A DNA stretch of 64,000 bases from Spirochaetia bacterium (GCA_965203515.1 OZ241907.1:800001-864000), one strand, 5' to 3'; shown: positions 19,328 through 29,384, counted from the first letter of the stretch. Notes: generated from the sequence alone by a model not told the origin. A program made the numbers and translations.

Positions 19328-20784
19328 GGCGGGCCGCCCGCGTAGAACGCCTCGGCGGTGAAGCGCTCGGGAAAGAGGGTGACGAAGTGGGCGATCAGCA
19401 ACTGCCGCGCCAGCAGCCGCTTGTAGGCGGCCGATCCGCGCACGTCCGAGATCGGCGCGATCTCCCCGTCCGCCACGCGCAGCGCCTCCCGCGCCGTGTC
19501 CGGGTCGAGGGCGCGGCCGCGCACCGCCTGCGAGGTCGCGCGCAGATAGAGCGGCACCGGCGCCACGCCGCCCAGGCTGAAGTGCGCCTCGGCGATGGTG
19601 TCGCCGTCCCCGGCGCAGCGGATCGAGCAGGCGGCGTTGACCGAGGCGATGTCGAGGCAGGTGCGCTTGGAGACCTTCTCGAAGTTGACCCGCGCGCCGG
19701 CCGGATCGGGGAACCTCACCTCGGTGAGCAGCTCGCCGGGCCGCAGGTCGAGCTGCTTGTAGCCGCGGTAGAACTCCTTGAGCGGTACCGAGCGCCGGCC
19801 GTCGCCGCCGGCCAGGACGATGCTGGCGTCCAGCGCCAGCAGCAGGGCGGTGAAGTCGCCGATCGGCGAGGCGTTGACGATGTTGCCGGCCAGGGTGGCG
19901 CGGTTGCGGATCTGCCAGGAGGCGATCAGGTGATTGAAGGCCGCGATGCGGGGAATCGCGGCGCTCACCGCCGGGTGGGCGCCGAACTCCTCGAACGTGG
20001 TCAAGGCGCCGGCGCGGAACTCGCCGCCGGCGCGGCGGATGCCCTTCAGCTCCCGGCGCCGGCCCAACACCTCGACGCGGCGGTCCGGGATCTCCTCGCC
20101 CCGCTGCACGTACAGGTCGGTGCCGCCGGCGATGCGCACCTCCGGCGCCGGGCCGGAGGCGGCGCCGCTGCCGGCCGGCTCTTCCTCCCGGAGCGCCCGC
20201 AACCGTTCCGGTATCGTCGTGAAGTAATCGGGAATCGCTCCGGCGGCCGCCAGCGCCGCCACCCGATCGCCGCCGCGCGCGTCGAGCCGGCCGCCCAGCT
20301 CCCGTTCCAGCGTGGCGGCGCAATCCTTGAGCGAGCGGTACCCGGTGCAGCGGCACAGGTGGCCGCTCAGGGCGTACTTGACGTCGTCGATCGAGAGCCC
20401 CTTGTCCCGGTCGAGCAGCAGCCCGTGCAGCGACACCACGATGCCGGGGGTGCAGAACCCGCACTGGGTACCGCCGTGCTCGACCACCGCGCGCTGCACG
20501 GGGTCGAGCCCGACCGCCGGATTGCACCCCTCGATGGTCACCACGTGCGCGCCGTGCGCCTCGGCCAGCGGCACCAGACAGGAGGTGACCGGCTGGTAGC
20601 GGACGGCGCCGCCCTGAAGCTCCCCGAGCAGGACCGCGCAGGCGCCGCAGTCGCCCTCCTTGCAGCCCTCCTTGGTGCCGGTCAGGCGCGCGCCGGCGCG
20701 CAGGTAGTCGAGCAGCAGCAGCCCGGCCGGGGCCGCGGTCTCAACCTCGCGGTCGTTGAGGATGAAGCGCGTGCGCGGCTGCAT
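19324..20784 (-). CDS. xdhA: xanthine dehydrogenase small subunit (2Fe-2S + FAD)
   Basis: GTKEGCKEGDCGAC, QCGFCTPG, LCRCTGY, AGGTDL, QIRNRATLAGNIVNASPIGD. Confidence 0.96.
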   Translation of the reverse strand: MQPRTRFILNDREVETAAPAGLLLLDYLRAGARLTGTKEGCKEGDCGACAVLLGELQGGAVRYQPVTSCLVPLAEAHGAHVVTIEGCNPAVGLDPVQRAVVEHGGTQCGFCTPGIVVSLHGLLLDRDKGLSIDDVKYALSGHLCRCTGYRSLKDCAATLERELGGRLDARGGDRVAALAAAGAIPDYFTTIPERLRALREEEPAGSGAASGPAPEVRIAGGTDLYVQRGEEIPDRRVEVLGRRRELKGIRRAGGEFRAGALTTFEEFGAHPAVSAAIPRIAAFNHLIASWQIRNRATLAGNIVNASPIGDFTALLLALDASIVLAGGDGRRSVPLKEFYRGYKQLDLRPGELLTEVRFPDPAGARVNFEKVSKRTCLDIASVNAACSIRCAGDGDTIAEAHFSLGGVAPVPLYLRATSQAVRGRALDPDTAREALRVADGEIAPISDVRGSAAYKRLLARQLLIAHFVTLFPERFTAEAFYAGGPP

Positions 20785-21013
20785 GGCCGGTCAGGGCCGG
20801 CAGCGCTCGCGCGGGGTCTGCGCAGGGACGCCGGGATCGCGCTGACCGGCCATCCGCTCCGGGAACTCGCTCATCTCGCCTCGCATGATAGCCGATCGAC
20901 CCGCAGGCGACCACCGGAGCGGCGCGCCCGCCCACGCCCGCGCGGGGACGGGTGGTCAGCTTTGGGGGCGCGTGCTACCATGACCGACGGGCGGACACGC
21001 CACCGGAGGGAAC

Positions 21014-22973
21014 GTGAGTAAGGTATCGCCGTTATTGCTGTTGCTGGCCGCCGGCATCGCCGCGCTGATGGCCTGTTCTCAGGCGGCGCGCCCGGCCGCC
21101 GCGCCCGCCGAACCGGCCCAAGGGGGGGGGGGGGGGGGGTAAACCGCCGACCGAGCCCGCGCCAACCCCGCAGCCGGCAGCGCCGGCAGAGAAGCGATGG
21201 ACGATCAACGCGGCTGACTTTGGTGATGATGAACCGGACCTGACGGGCGCCGTGTCCAGCCGTTCCGCGCCGTATGCCTGGGAGCGGCTCACCGGCGGCG
21301 CCGTGCGCGTTTCGATTGGCGGACGTGAGCTGCCGTTCACGAGCACGAGCGCCAAGCCGGTCTTCGCGTCCGACATCTCCGGAGCGGAGTGGATGGTTGC
21401 CGCCGAAGTCCGGGAGGGCGCACTGGCGCTGGTACTCACCGCCCCGGATCAGTCGGACGCCTCCGACACGGTCGAGTCGGTCACGATCACGAACCCGGGG
21501 AGCGGCTATGCGTCGGTTCCCAGCGTCACGTTCGCGGCGCCGCCGGCCGGCGGCACCACGGCAGCCGGCGCCGCGGCGGGCTCCGTCGATTCCGTGACGG
21601 TCGGGACCGCCGGGAGCGGCTACGCGACGGTTCCCAGCGTCACGTTCGGGGCGCCGCTGGCCGGCGGCACCACGGCGACCGGCGCCGCGGTGGGCTCCGG
21701 TACCGTCGATTCGGTGACGGTCGGGACCGCAGGACGCGGCTATACGGCGGTTCCCAGCGTGACGTTCGGAGCGCCGCCGTCCGGCGGCGCCACGGCAACC
21801 GGCACCGTCGTTGGGTCCAGGCACGTCGATTCGGTGACGGTCGGGACCGCCGGAAGCGGCTACACGGCGGTTCCCAGCGTCACGTTCGGAGCGGCGCCGG
21901 CCGGTGGCACCACGGCAACCGGCACTGCGGTCCGGCAAAGCGGCGTAGCGGCAGTGACTCTCACATACCGGGGCAACTTCTATACATCTGACCCCACCGT
22001 GACGTTCAGCGCGCCGCCGCCCGGCGGCGCCACGGCGACCGGCACCGCAACGCGACGATCCGAAGTAGGCTCCGTGACGATAACGAATCGGGGGAGCGGT
22101 TACACGTCTGCCCCAACCGTGACGTTTGGCGCTCCGCCGTCCGGTGGCACCCGCGCAACCGGAACAGCGTCGATACTCAACGGTCAAGTGGTAGGATTAA
22201 GCTACACGGGGGGGAGTGGCTACACTACTGCCCCAACCGTGACGTTTTCGGGAGGAGGGGGCAGCGGTGCGGCCGCCACCGCGACGCTGAGCACCCACAG
22301 AATAGAGGCAGTGACGATCACGAACCCGGGAAGCGGCTACACGGCGGTTCCCAGCGTGACGTTCGGAGCAGCGCCGTCCGGCGGCATCACGGCAACCGGC
22401 ACCGCGGTGCTGCAAAGCGGCGTAGCGGACGTGACGATCACGAACCCCGGGAGCGGCTACACCTCTGTCCCAACCGTGACCTTCGGAGCAGCGCCGGGCG
22501 CCGGCACCACCGCCGCCGGCACCGCGGTGCTGCGCTACGGCGTAGCGTCGGTGACGATCACGAACGGGGGGAGCGGCTACACCTCCGCCCCCACCGTGAC
22601 CTTCGGCGCAGCGCCGGGCGGCGGCACCACTGCCGCCGGCACTGCGGTGCTGCGCTACGGCGTAGCTTCGGTGAGGGTCACGAACGGTGGGAGCGGCTAC
22701 ACATCCGCCCCCACCGTGACCTTCGGCGCAGCGCCGGGCGGCGGCACCACGGCCGCCGGCACCGCGGCCCTGCGCGTAGCGTCGGTGACGGTCACGAACG
22801 GGGGAAGCGGTTACGCCGCTGCCCCCACCGTGACCTTTTCGGCGCCGGCCAGCGGCACCACCGCGACCGGCACGGCGAACTTGGCGTCGGGCGGCTACGA
22901 TCAATACCAGAACCTCTATTGGGCGCGCCAGACGCTGGCCGGCAAGCAGCTCCTGGTGGAGCTGACGGATTAG
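21014..22973 (+). CDS. lipoprotein with twelve ~40-aa Gly/Thr-rich beta repeats, out of frame at a G18 tract
   Basis: SD GGAGG + GTG21014; signal MSKVSPLLLLLAAGIAALMA-C; G18 at 21122-21139 followed by in-frame TAA; the downstream frame is a full paralogue of 59834-61813. Confidence 0.85.
21122..21139 (+). repeat. poly-G homopolymer (G18)
   Basis: Direct count: caa G18 taa. Confidence 0.9.
21471..22895 (+). repeat. coding tandem array, 12 units of about 114-123 bp
   Basis: Twelve copies of V.SVT(I/V)TN.GSGYT..PTVTF.A.P.GGTTATGTA. Confidence 0.9.
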
Positions 22974-23067
22974 ACGCGCTGTCCGCAAAACGGACGATGG
23001 CAAAGGCCGCTGGCTGGCTGACTCGGCACCTGGCGCTCAGGTTCGGAGCGTGCTATAGTGGCCGACA

Positions 23068-23526
23068 GTGACGAGGGACGACAGGATTCTGAACGACATG
23101 GTCTTCGTCAAAAACGCCATTGCCAGAGATGTGGCGATCGATGAGGCTTCCACCATCGCTCGGGACCTGGGTTTGCGGCGAACGAAGACACTGACGCTTG
23201 ATGATCTGTGGGAGCTGACCGACCGCGCCGACACGACCGCGATCGACCGCGCTGACCTGCACAGCTTCCGAAGGGCCGACCTGATCATGGAGGCGACCGA
23301 TGAGGCAGGCGAATCCTGCTATGTCGCCGTGGAGATCTCCTTCACCGCCAACGGAAGGGATACGACTCGGGCGCTCCGCAACGCGGATTTCCTTACCCGA
23401 TTCACGGGCCGGAACGCCTACGCCGTGGTGTCAGGCCTGCGGCGAGATGACCGCATCACCGACAGCATCGATGCCGGAGCCGTGTTCTGGTATCAGCTCG
23501 ATCCCGAGGTCATGGACGTCGAATAA
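23068..23526 (+). CDS. hypothetical protein with a PD-(D/E)xK-like fold
   Basis: ADLIMEA...YVAVEISFT...D..RA pattern; extended -10 TGcTATAGT at 23051-23059. Confidence 0.65.
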   Translation: MTRDDRILNDMVFVKNAIARDVAIDEASTIARDLGLRRTKTLTLDDLWELTDRADTTAIDRADLHSFRRADLIMEATDEAGESCYVAVEISFTANGRDTTRALRNADFLTRFTGRNAYAVVSGLRRDDRITDSIDAGAVFWYQLDPEVMDVE

Positions 23527-23752
23527 CACCCGTCACGAGGCTGTCCTCGCGGAGGGGACGGCAGGAAGCGGCGGCAGCGTTACGATATCGGAGTCCGTAA
23601 ATCCAGTTTCTGACCTTCCTGAAGGCGGTTCTATAATTGCCGCCATGTGCTGCAATATCATTTCCTGCCAAGTCGGAGATTGTCGCCTGATAGCGATAGC
23701 AGCCGGGGAACTCCGCGTCTACCTGACCGGCGGTGGTCCTGCGCCGCGCCAT
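23510..23752 (-). pseudogene. chimeric remnant: Uma2-type N-terminus fused to an unrelated lower-GC gene fragment
   Basis: MARRRTTAGQVDAEFPGC matches PEFPGC in the adjacent Uma2 gene, then switches to YRYQATISDLAGNDIAAHGG...VRNW. Confidence 0.4.
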
Positions 23753-23784
23753 GGAACGCTGCTTCGCCAAGCGGCTCCGGCGGG

Positions 23785-24776
23785 TCACTTCCAGCGCGGG
23801 GGCTTCCCTGATAGCCGGTCGAGGAGCTCGGCTCCGGTCTCGCACTCCAGGAGCCAGATTCCGGCCTGCGCCAAGCGGTCCGCATCGGCCTGTTCCAGCA
23901 ATGCCGCCAGTTGCCGCGCCGTGTCGCAGTCGAACTTCCGCGCCGCCTGCCGGCGCAGCAGCGCGCGTTCCGCCGCCCGTCCTCCGTGCGCGACGCCGCG
24001 CTCGTGGCCGCGCTCGAAGACCCGGCGTCGTTGCGACCGCAGCAGCGGATCGTGATCCGGCCCGGTGCCCTCCCGCTCGCCGAGCACCGTCCCCACCCGC
24101 TCCAGCACCTCACTGGTCTGAACCGACAGCGCCGGTTCGTTCAGCGCCGCGTGAATCTCCTCCGCTTCCACCCCGGAAACGCGCGGCTCTCCGGCACCGC
24201 CCGGTACGCGCCGTCCTCCAGCACGTGGATCGTCAGCCCCGGACGCCGGCCCCGCGGGCGGCTCGGCGCGGTCTCGTCCGGCACCTCCACCCATACCTCC
24301 GGGAACCCCCACGACTCGTACAACCCCAGCTTGCCGCGCCGTACGTCGGTGGTGTGGTCCACCTCCAGCACCACGTCGGGATAGTCGTCTACGCCGATCA
24401 CCATCGCTGCCGGCCCCGGCAGCCGGGCGCTGCCCGGATGCAGGTACACCGACTCGTCGGCCTGCATGATGCTGCGCGGCCCGTTGCGCTGCCGCAGGTC
24501 CATCGAGCCGTAGCTTTCGATCGGCGCGCCGCGCACCTGCGCGATCCGTTCGGTGAGCCGGGTCAGGCGGCCGGACGGCCGTTCGTGGTAAGGACTGGCC
24601 GGTTCGCAGATCCAGGCGGTTTCGGTAGCGCCGTCCCAATACTCCAACCGCTGGTCGCTACGTTCGATCTCGTCTGCCGGCAGACGGACCGGCGTGCAGC
24701 CGGGGAACTCCGGCGCCGGCCACGCGGCCTCGGCGCCGGAGCGGCGCGGCCCAATGGCCGTCTTGGTCGTAGACAT
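23785..24776 (-). CDS. Uma2-family (PDDEXK-like) endonuclease with a C-terminal helical tail, one frameshift near 24166
   Basis: ATG24776; QADESVY, PDVVLEVDHTT, KLGLYESWGFPEVW, ESRAFPGW, then a 1-nt shift into AEEIHAALNE...ARKFD...ECETGAELLDR. Confidence 0.8.
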
Positions 24777-24856
24777 GGCGGACAGGGTACGCGGCCCGCG
24801 CTGGGTCCTGCAAACCGCCCCCCGCCGGGGAAATGCGCCCATCAGCAGGTACGGCG

Positions 24857-25834
24857 CTACCGGCGGTTCCGTTCGCGCAGGAGCTGCGCGGCGACGCTGA
24901 CGGCGATCTCCTCCGGCGTCTCGCTGCCGATATCGAGCCCCACCGGTGCGCGAACCCGGTCGAGAGCCTGGCGGGCGATGCCTTCCTCTTGCAGCAGGGA
25001 GAATATCCGGTCGATCTTCTTCCTGCCGCCCATCAGCCCCACGAAGGGAACGGGCAGGCTCAGGACGCCGAGCAACGCGCGCGCGTCGGTGCGGTAGTCG
25101 GCGGTCATCACCACCACCGCGGTCAACTCCGGGTAGGCGATGCGCGGTCCCGCCGCCGCGTAATCGGCCACGTGGGACACGGCGCCGAACGCCGCCGCCC
25201 GGTCGTGGGCGACCACCTCGGCGCGGGTATCGAACAGCCGCACCCGGTAGCCGAGCCGCGCCGTCACCTCGGCCAACGCTGCCGCGCAGTGGCCGCCGCC
25301 GATGACCGCCAGCCGGCGCCGGTTGAGCAGGTCCTCCTCGTAGCGCCAGCCTCCGCCTTCCTCCTCGCTCAGAACGAACGGCGGCCGGGAGAAGTCCGGC
25401 TCCCGCCGCGTGAGGCGCAGGCCGGCCGCATCGATCACCATCCACGCCGGCCGGTCCTCGCGCAGCGCCGCGGCAACCGCGCGTACGGTCGCCTGATCAC
25501 GATCCCCGGCCAGCACGCAGAAGACGTTGGTCTGGCGGCCCTCGCACACCAGGCCGGACCGCTCGCCCGCCGCGCTATCGCCGGTATCGCTGTGCACCAG
25601 GGTGCGCTTCTCCGGCGGCGCCCCGCCGCCGCGCAGCGCCGCCCGCGCCTGCTCGACCAGCCGGTGCTCCATCATGCCGCCGCCGATGGTGCCGCACCGG
25701 TCCCCGCCCTCGGCCACCATCAGCTTCGCCCCCGCGGTGCCGGGCGAGCCGCTGGTATGTTCGGCTACGCAGGCCACGAACACCCGCTCTCCCCGTTCGA
25801 GACCACTGCCCACCTGTTCCCAGAATGCACTCAT
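24857..25834 (-). CDS. xdhC: XdhC/CoxI-family molybdenum cofactor insertion protein
   Basis: GSPGTAGAKL, GTIGGG..E, IGGGHC, VGLMGG..K, APVGLDIGSETPEEIAVS. Confidence 0.92.
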   Translation of the reverse strand: MSAFWEQVGSGLERGERVFVACVAEHTSGSPGTAGAKLMVAEGGDRCGTIGGGMMEHRLVEQARAALRGGGAPPEKRTLVHSDTGDSAAGERSGLVCEGRQTNVFCVLAGDRDQATVRAVAAALREDRPAWMVIDAAGLRLTRREPDFSRPPFVLSEEEGGGWRYEEDLLNRRRLAVIGGGHCAAALAEVTARLGYRVRLFDTRAEVVAHDRAAAFGAVSHVADYAAAGPRIAYPELTAVVVMTADYRTDARALLGVLSLPVPFVGLMGGRKKIDRIFSLLQEEGIARQALDRVRAPVGLDIGSETPEEIAVSVAAQLLRERNRR

Positions 25835-25896
25835 CTATCGTCTCTTCCCTGCGCGCCTCAATGTCTTGGGGGCCGACGATCCCCGATCCCGGCAGT

Positions 25897-27180
25897 TCAC
25901 GGCCCTAGCGCGGCGATGGGGATGACTGCCACGCCGTCCTTGCGGCGGTAGCCGTAGCCGGAGCTCACGATCACCCCCAGGGCGCGCGGCGGCGCGGACT
26001 TCTCCGCGTCGACCCGGTCGCGGAGCTTCAGCAGTGTACCGGCGGCGGCGTCGATCTGTCCCGCGCCCAACTTCACCTCGAAGGCGCACCAGTCGCCCCG
26101 GCGGTCTTCCACCACGGCGTCCACTTCGAGGCCGGTGTTGTCCCGGTAGTGATAGACCGCCGCATCGCAGGCGCGGGAGTAGACCGTGAGCTCGCGGTAC
26201 ACCAGGGACTCGAACAGACATCCCAGGAGTTCCAACTCCAGATCAGCCAGCAGCCGTTCCGGGGTTGCGCCGAGAGCCGCCGCGGCCAGGGACGGATCGA
26301 CGAAGTGCCGCTTCGGCGCGCGGCGCAGCAGCGACCGCGAGCGCAGGTGCGGCACCCACGCCGGCTGCTCCTCGTAGACCATCAGCCGGCGCAGGGCGTC
26401 CAGGTAGCCGCGCACCGTGTCGCCGTCCAAGGGTCCGTCGCCGCCGCCGGCGTCCGCGGCGATGGTCCGGGCGCTGACGGTGGTGGCCAGGTTCCGCGCC
26501 AGCGAGCGGATCACCCGGCCGACGTTCTCCGGGTTGCGCTGCATGCCGTCCGCCCGGGAGATGTCGGCGCGGCGGATCTCCTCCAGGTAGTCGATGCGGG
26601 CGGTGTGACAGGCGGCGTCGGAACGGCGCAGGTCGCCGGGCCAGCCGCCCCGGCACAGTTGCGCGACCAGCTCCGGCAGCGGCAGGCCGGGGTCCGCGCA
26701 ACCCTCGAATCGGCCCTGCAGCAACTCCCGCAGTGACGCCTGACCGCTGGAGACGCCGGTCTCCCGCAGGGTCATGGTACGCAGCCGGAGGCGCGAGATG
26801 CGGCCCGCCCCGGTGTGGCGGGTGATGTCGTCCGCCGGCGCCATCGAGCCGGTCAGGATGAACTGCGCGCTCCCCATTCCCGAGCCGGAGGCCCGGTCGA
26901 CGGCCCGCCGGACGTGGTTCCACAACGCCGGTTCGAGCTGCCATTCGTCGATCAGCCGCGGCCGGGCGCCGGCCAACACCAGCGCCGGGTCGATTTCGAC
27001 GGCGCGGCGCGCGTTCTCGTCCACGTCCAGCAGCACCTCGCTGGCCGCTGCCCGGCGGGCGGTTTCGGTCTTGCCGCACGCCCGGGGCCCTTCGATCAAC
27101 ACCGCGCCGGCCGACTCCAGCCGGCGGACAAGCTCGCCGTCGCCGATCCGCGGGTGGTAGGCAGCGCTTCGACCGGTCAT
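25897..27180 (-). CDS. AAA_14 ATPase with C-terminal DUF4143
   Basis: EGPRACGKT, LIDEWQ, FILTGS, KRHFVDPSL, HYRD..GLEVDAVV, FEVKLG; ATG27180 chosen by alignment with the paralogue at 58587. Confidence 0.92.
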   Translation of the reverse strand: MTGRSAAYHPRIGDGELVRRLESAGAVLIEGPRACGKTETARRAAASEVLLDVDENARRAVEIDPALVLAGARPRLIDEWQLEPALWNHVRRAVDRASGSGMGSAQFILTGSMAPADDITRHTGAGRISRLRLRTMTLRETGVSSGQASLRELLQGRFEGCADPGLPLPELVAQLCRGGWPGDLRRSDAACHTARIDYLEEIRRADISRADGMQRNPENVGRVIRSLARNLATTVSARTIAADAGGGDGPLDGDTVRGYLDALRRLMVYEEQPAWVPHLRSRSLLRRAPKRHFVDPSLAAAALGATPERLLADLELELLGCLFESLVYRELTVYSRACDAAVYHYRDNTGLEVDAVVEDRRGDWCAFEVKLGAGQIDAAAGTLLKLRDRVDAEKSAPPRALGVIVSSGYGYRRKDGVAVIPIAALGP

Positions 27181-27258
27181 GTGAAACGAATGTAACCGGG
27201 TATTTGTAACGCATGCAACCAGGCAAATGCAACCCATCCGACCGGGCAGATGAAATCC
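27167..27258. repeat. degenerate tandem array of four 23-bp units over the DUF4143 gene start (candidate operator)
   Basis: CTTCGACCGGTCATGTGAAACGA / ATGTAACCGGGTATTTGTAACGC / ATGCAACCAGGCAAATGCAACCC / ATCCGACCGGGCAGATGAAATCC at 27167, 27190, 27213, 27236. Confidence 0.65.
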
Positions 27259-27380
27259 GACAACTCGCCCCCGTGTCGTCCGGCCTCGGGGGCACTGCCG
27301 GCCTGGCCTGGGCGGCGAGCGACGATCTGGCGTCACGATCGGCGTCGTAGTACTCTGAGGCGGAGACGCAGCAGAAGCAG

Positions 27381-28649
27381 ATGCTCAAGAAACTGACCGT
27401 GGAGCGATTCAAGTCGATTCGCCCAGCAACGCTGGAGTTGGGCAGAATCAACCTGTTCATCGGCGGGAACGGCGCCGGCAAATCCAATATCCTCGAGGCG
27501 ACAGGTGTTTTGTCGGCGGCCGTGGATCGAGGTTTGGGAGACACCGATCTGGGCAGAAAGGGAGTGCGCATCACGCCGCCGGAATTGATGAAGTCGGCAT
27601 TCAAGAGCCACGAATTGCCAAAGACGCTGCAGCTCACCGCCGAACTGGAAGATGACGTAACGTACTGCATCGAACTTACCGGGAAGGAAGACGACCCGCT
27701 GTTGGCGTTCTCCAGCGAGCGCTGCGCACAAGGTCAGGAACCGATATTCAGACGCGACCCCAACGGAGCACAAGTGCGGGGGACGAGCGTCCACGGCAAC
27801 TTGAACCGGCATCGAGGCATCTGGGATCAAGTCCGAACCGCTTTCGATTTTCCCGATGCCGTGGAGGCGGCGCTGCATGGTCTTTCGCAGTACGCGATCT
27901 ATGCTCCGCAGACCGACTTCCTGAGAGGTATGGCGCGCGGGAAGGTCGATACGCCTCCGATCGGATTGCATGGCGAAGGGCTGCCACAGGCCGTTCGCGG
28001 CCTCCTCATGCAAAGGAAGGAAGCACTAGGCAAAGAATCGCCGACGACGTTTGAGCTCAAGGATCGAGCGGCCCGTCTTGCGTTCCTGCCGCAGTGGGCC
28101 AGCCAGGTAAAGGTGGGAAGAATCGACAGTGCTCTGACCTCCCGGGCCTTGCTGGATCAGGGGGATGACATGATATATTTTCTTGACAGATATATGCATG
28201 ACAGGAGGCGGAAGCTGTCCGTCTACGACAGCAGCGAAGGCACGCTCTTCCTCCTCTTCGTTGCGATTCTGCTGGCGCATGACGACTCTCCGAAGATATT
28301 CGCTTTTGACAATGTGGACAACGCCTTGAACCCGCGGATGACCAGATTTCTTCTCGAGGCCATTATTGAGATTACCAAAGAGTCGTCCGAGAGGGGATTG
28401 AGCTGTGGACCACGTCAGGTGTTTCTCACCAGCCACAATCCGACGTCGTTGGATGCGTTCGACCTGTTCGACGAGGACCAGAGGGTCTTCGTGGTCGAGA
28501 GGAACGAGGACGGCCACACGGTCGCGACGCGCCTCAAGCCGCGCCAGGAAATGACGCAGGAAGAGTGGCAGCAAGCGAAGAACGGCCGCAATCTGTCTCA
28601 GCTCTGGTTGGATGGAGAAATCAGAGGCGCCCTTGGACAGGAGCTATAG
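27381..28649 (+). CDS. ABC-type ATPase (AAA_21/AAA_15-like)
   Basis: ERFKSI, Walker A GGNGAGKSN, signature SSEGT, Walker B/D-loop FAFDNVDNALNP, QVFLTSHNP; lower GC. Confidence 0.88.
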   Translation: MLKKLTVERFKSIRPATLELGRINLFIGGNGAGKSNILEATGVLSAAVDRGLGDTDLGRKGVRITPPELMKSAFKSHELPKTLQLTAELEDDVTYCIELTGKEDDPLLAFSSERCAQGQEPIFRRDPNGAQVRGTSVHGNLNRHRGIWDQVRTAFDFPDAVEAALHGLSQYAIYAPQTDFLRGMARGKVDTPPIGLHGEGLPQAVRGLLMQRKEALGKESPTTFELKDRAARLAFLPQWASQVKVGRIDSALTSRALLDQGDDMIYFLDRYMHDRRRKLSVYDSSEGTLFLLFVAILLAHDDSPKIFAFDNVDNALNPRMTRFLLEAIIEITKESSERGLSCGPRQVFLTSHNPTSLDAFDLFDEDQRVFVVERNEDGHTVATRLKPRQEMTQEEWQQAKNGRNLSQLWLDGEIRGALGQEL

Positions 28650-28652
28650 GCC

Positions 28653-29384
28653 GTGCGGATCGGCGTCGTATGCGAAGGTCCGACAGATGCGCTTGCGATC
28701 ACCAACTTTCTGAGAGCATCGTTGAAGGGTCATGGAATCGAATCGGTTTTCGTACCCATTCAACCCGAAAGTGACAGGACGAAACCATCGGATGGCGGTT
28801 GGCATGCGGTGTTGAATTGGCTGCGGAAGAATCCACCCGAGTCGCGGATCAAAAACTATTTGAGCGGCGGTCTGTTCGACAGTGACCTGTCGGAGAAACG
28901 GTGCGACGTGCTGGTCTTTCAGATGGATTCCGACATACTTTCCGAGTGTGGCTTCCAGAACTGGTCCAGGGAGACTCTTGATTACGACGTCACGGACTCG
29001 TCCGATCCAATTCAACGCGGCAACGAGATCCGGTCGATTATCGGGGTCGCAGGCAGATTCAAGACACTTTCTGACGATGAATTGACGCGGCACATTCCGG
29101 CACCGGCCGTCGAATCTACGGAAACGTGGTGCGTCGCCGCGGTTCGGACGTTGTCCGACGATCCCGAGCGATTGAAGGGGACGGATCTGTGCCAGGAATT
29201 CATGACGGCGTTGCACCGATCCGAAGACCGAGACATCCAACCGTTCACGCAGATCGACAAGTCGCCGCGCAGACGACGTCGCTATTGCAAGAAGCATGCG
29301 GACGGATTTCGGCGTTTGGAGACGCAGTGCCGCCACTACTGTGAGTTGGTGGAATCGCTCACACGCCGAGCCACGTCGACCTGA
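28653..29384 (+). CDS. TOPRIM-like partner protein (DUF4276-like)
   Basis: MRIGVVCEGPTD, VFQMDSD, PAVESTETW motifs; starts 3 nt after the ATPase stop. Confidence 0.7.
   Translation: MRIGVVCEGPTDALAITNFLRASLKGHGIESVFVPIQPESDRTKPSDGGWHAVLNWLRKNPPESRIKNYLSGGLFDSDLSEKRCDVLVFQMDSDILSECGFQNWSRETLDYDVTDSSDPIQRGNEIRSIIGVAGRFKTLSDDELTRHIPAPAVESTETWCVAAVRTLSDDPERLKGTDLCQEFMTALHRSEDRDIQPFTQIDKSPRRRRRYCKKHADGFRRLETQCRHYCELVESLTRRATST

Noticed and set aside
14892..20527. The 1154-aa and 1151-aa ORFs as methylase or XdhB fusions
   Set aside because: The N-terminal extensions are Arg/Gly-rich off-frame read-through of xdhB and xdhA; the real starts are 17075 and 19327, with 4-nt overlaps.
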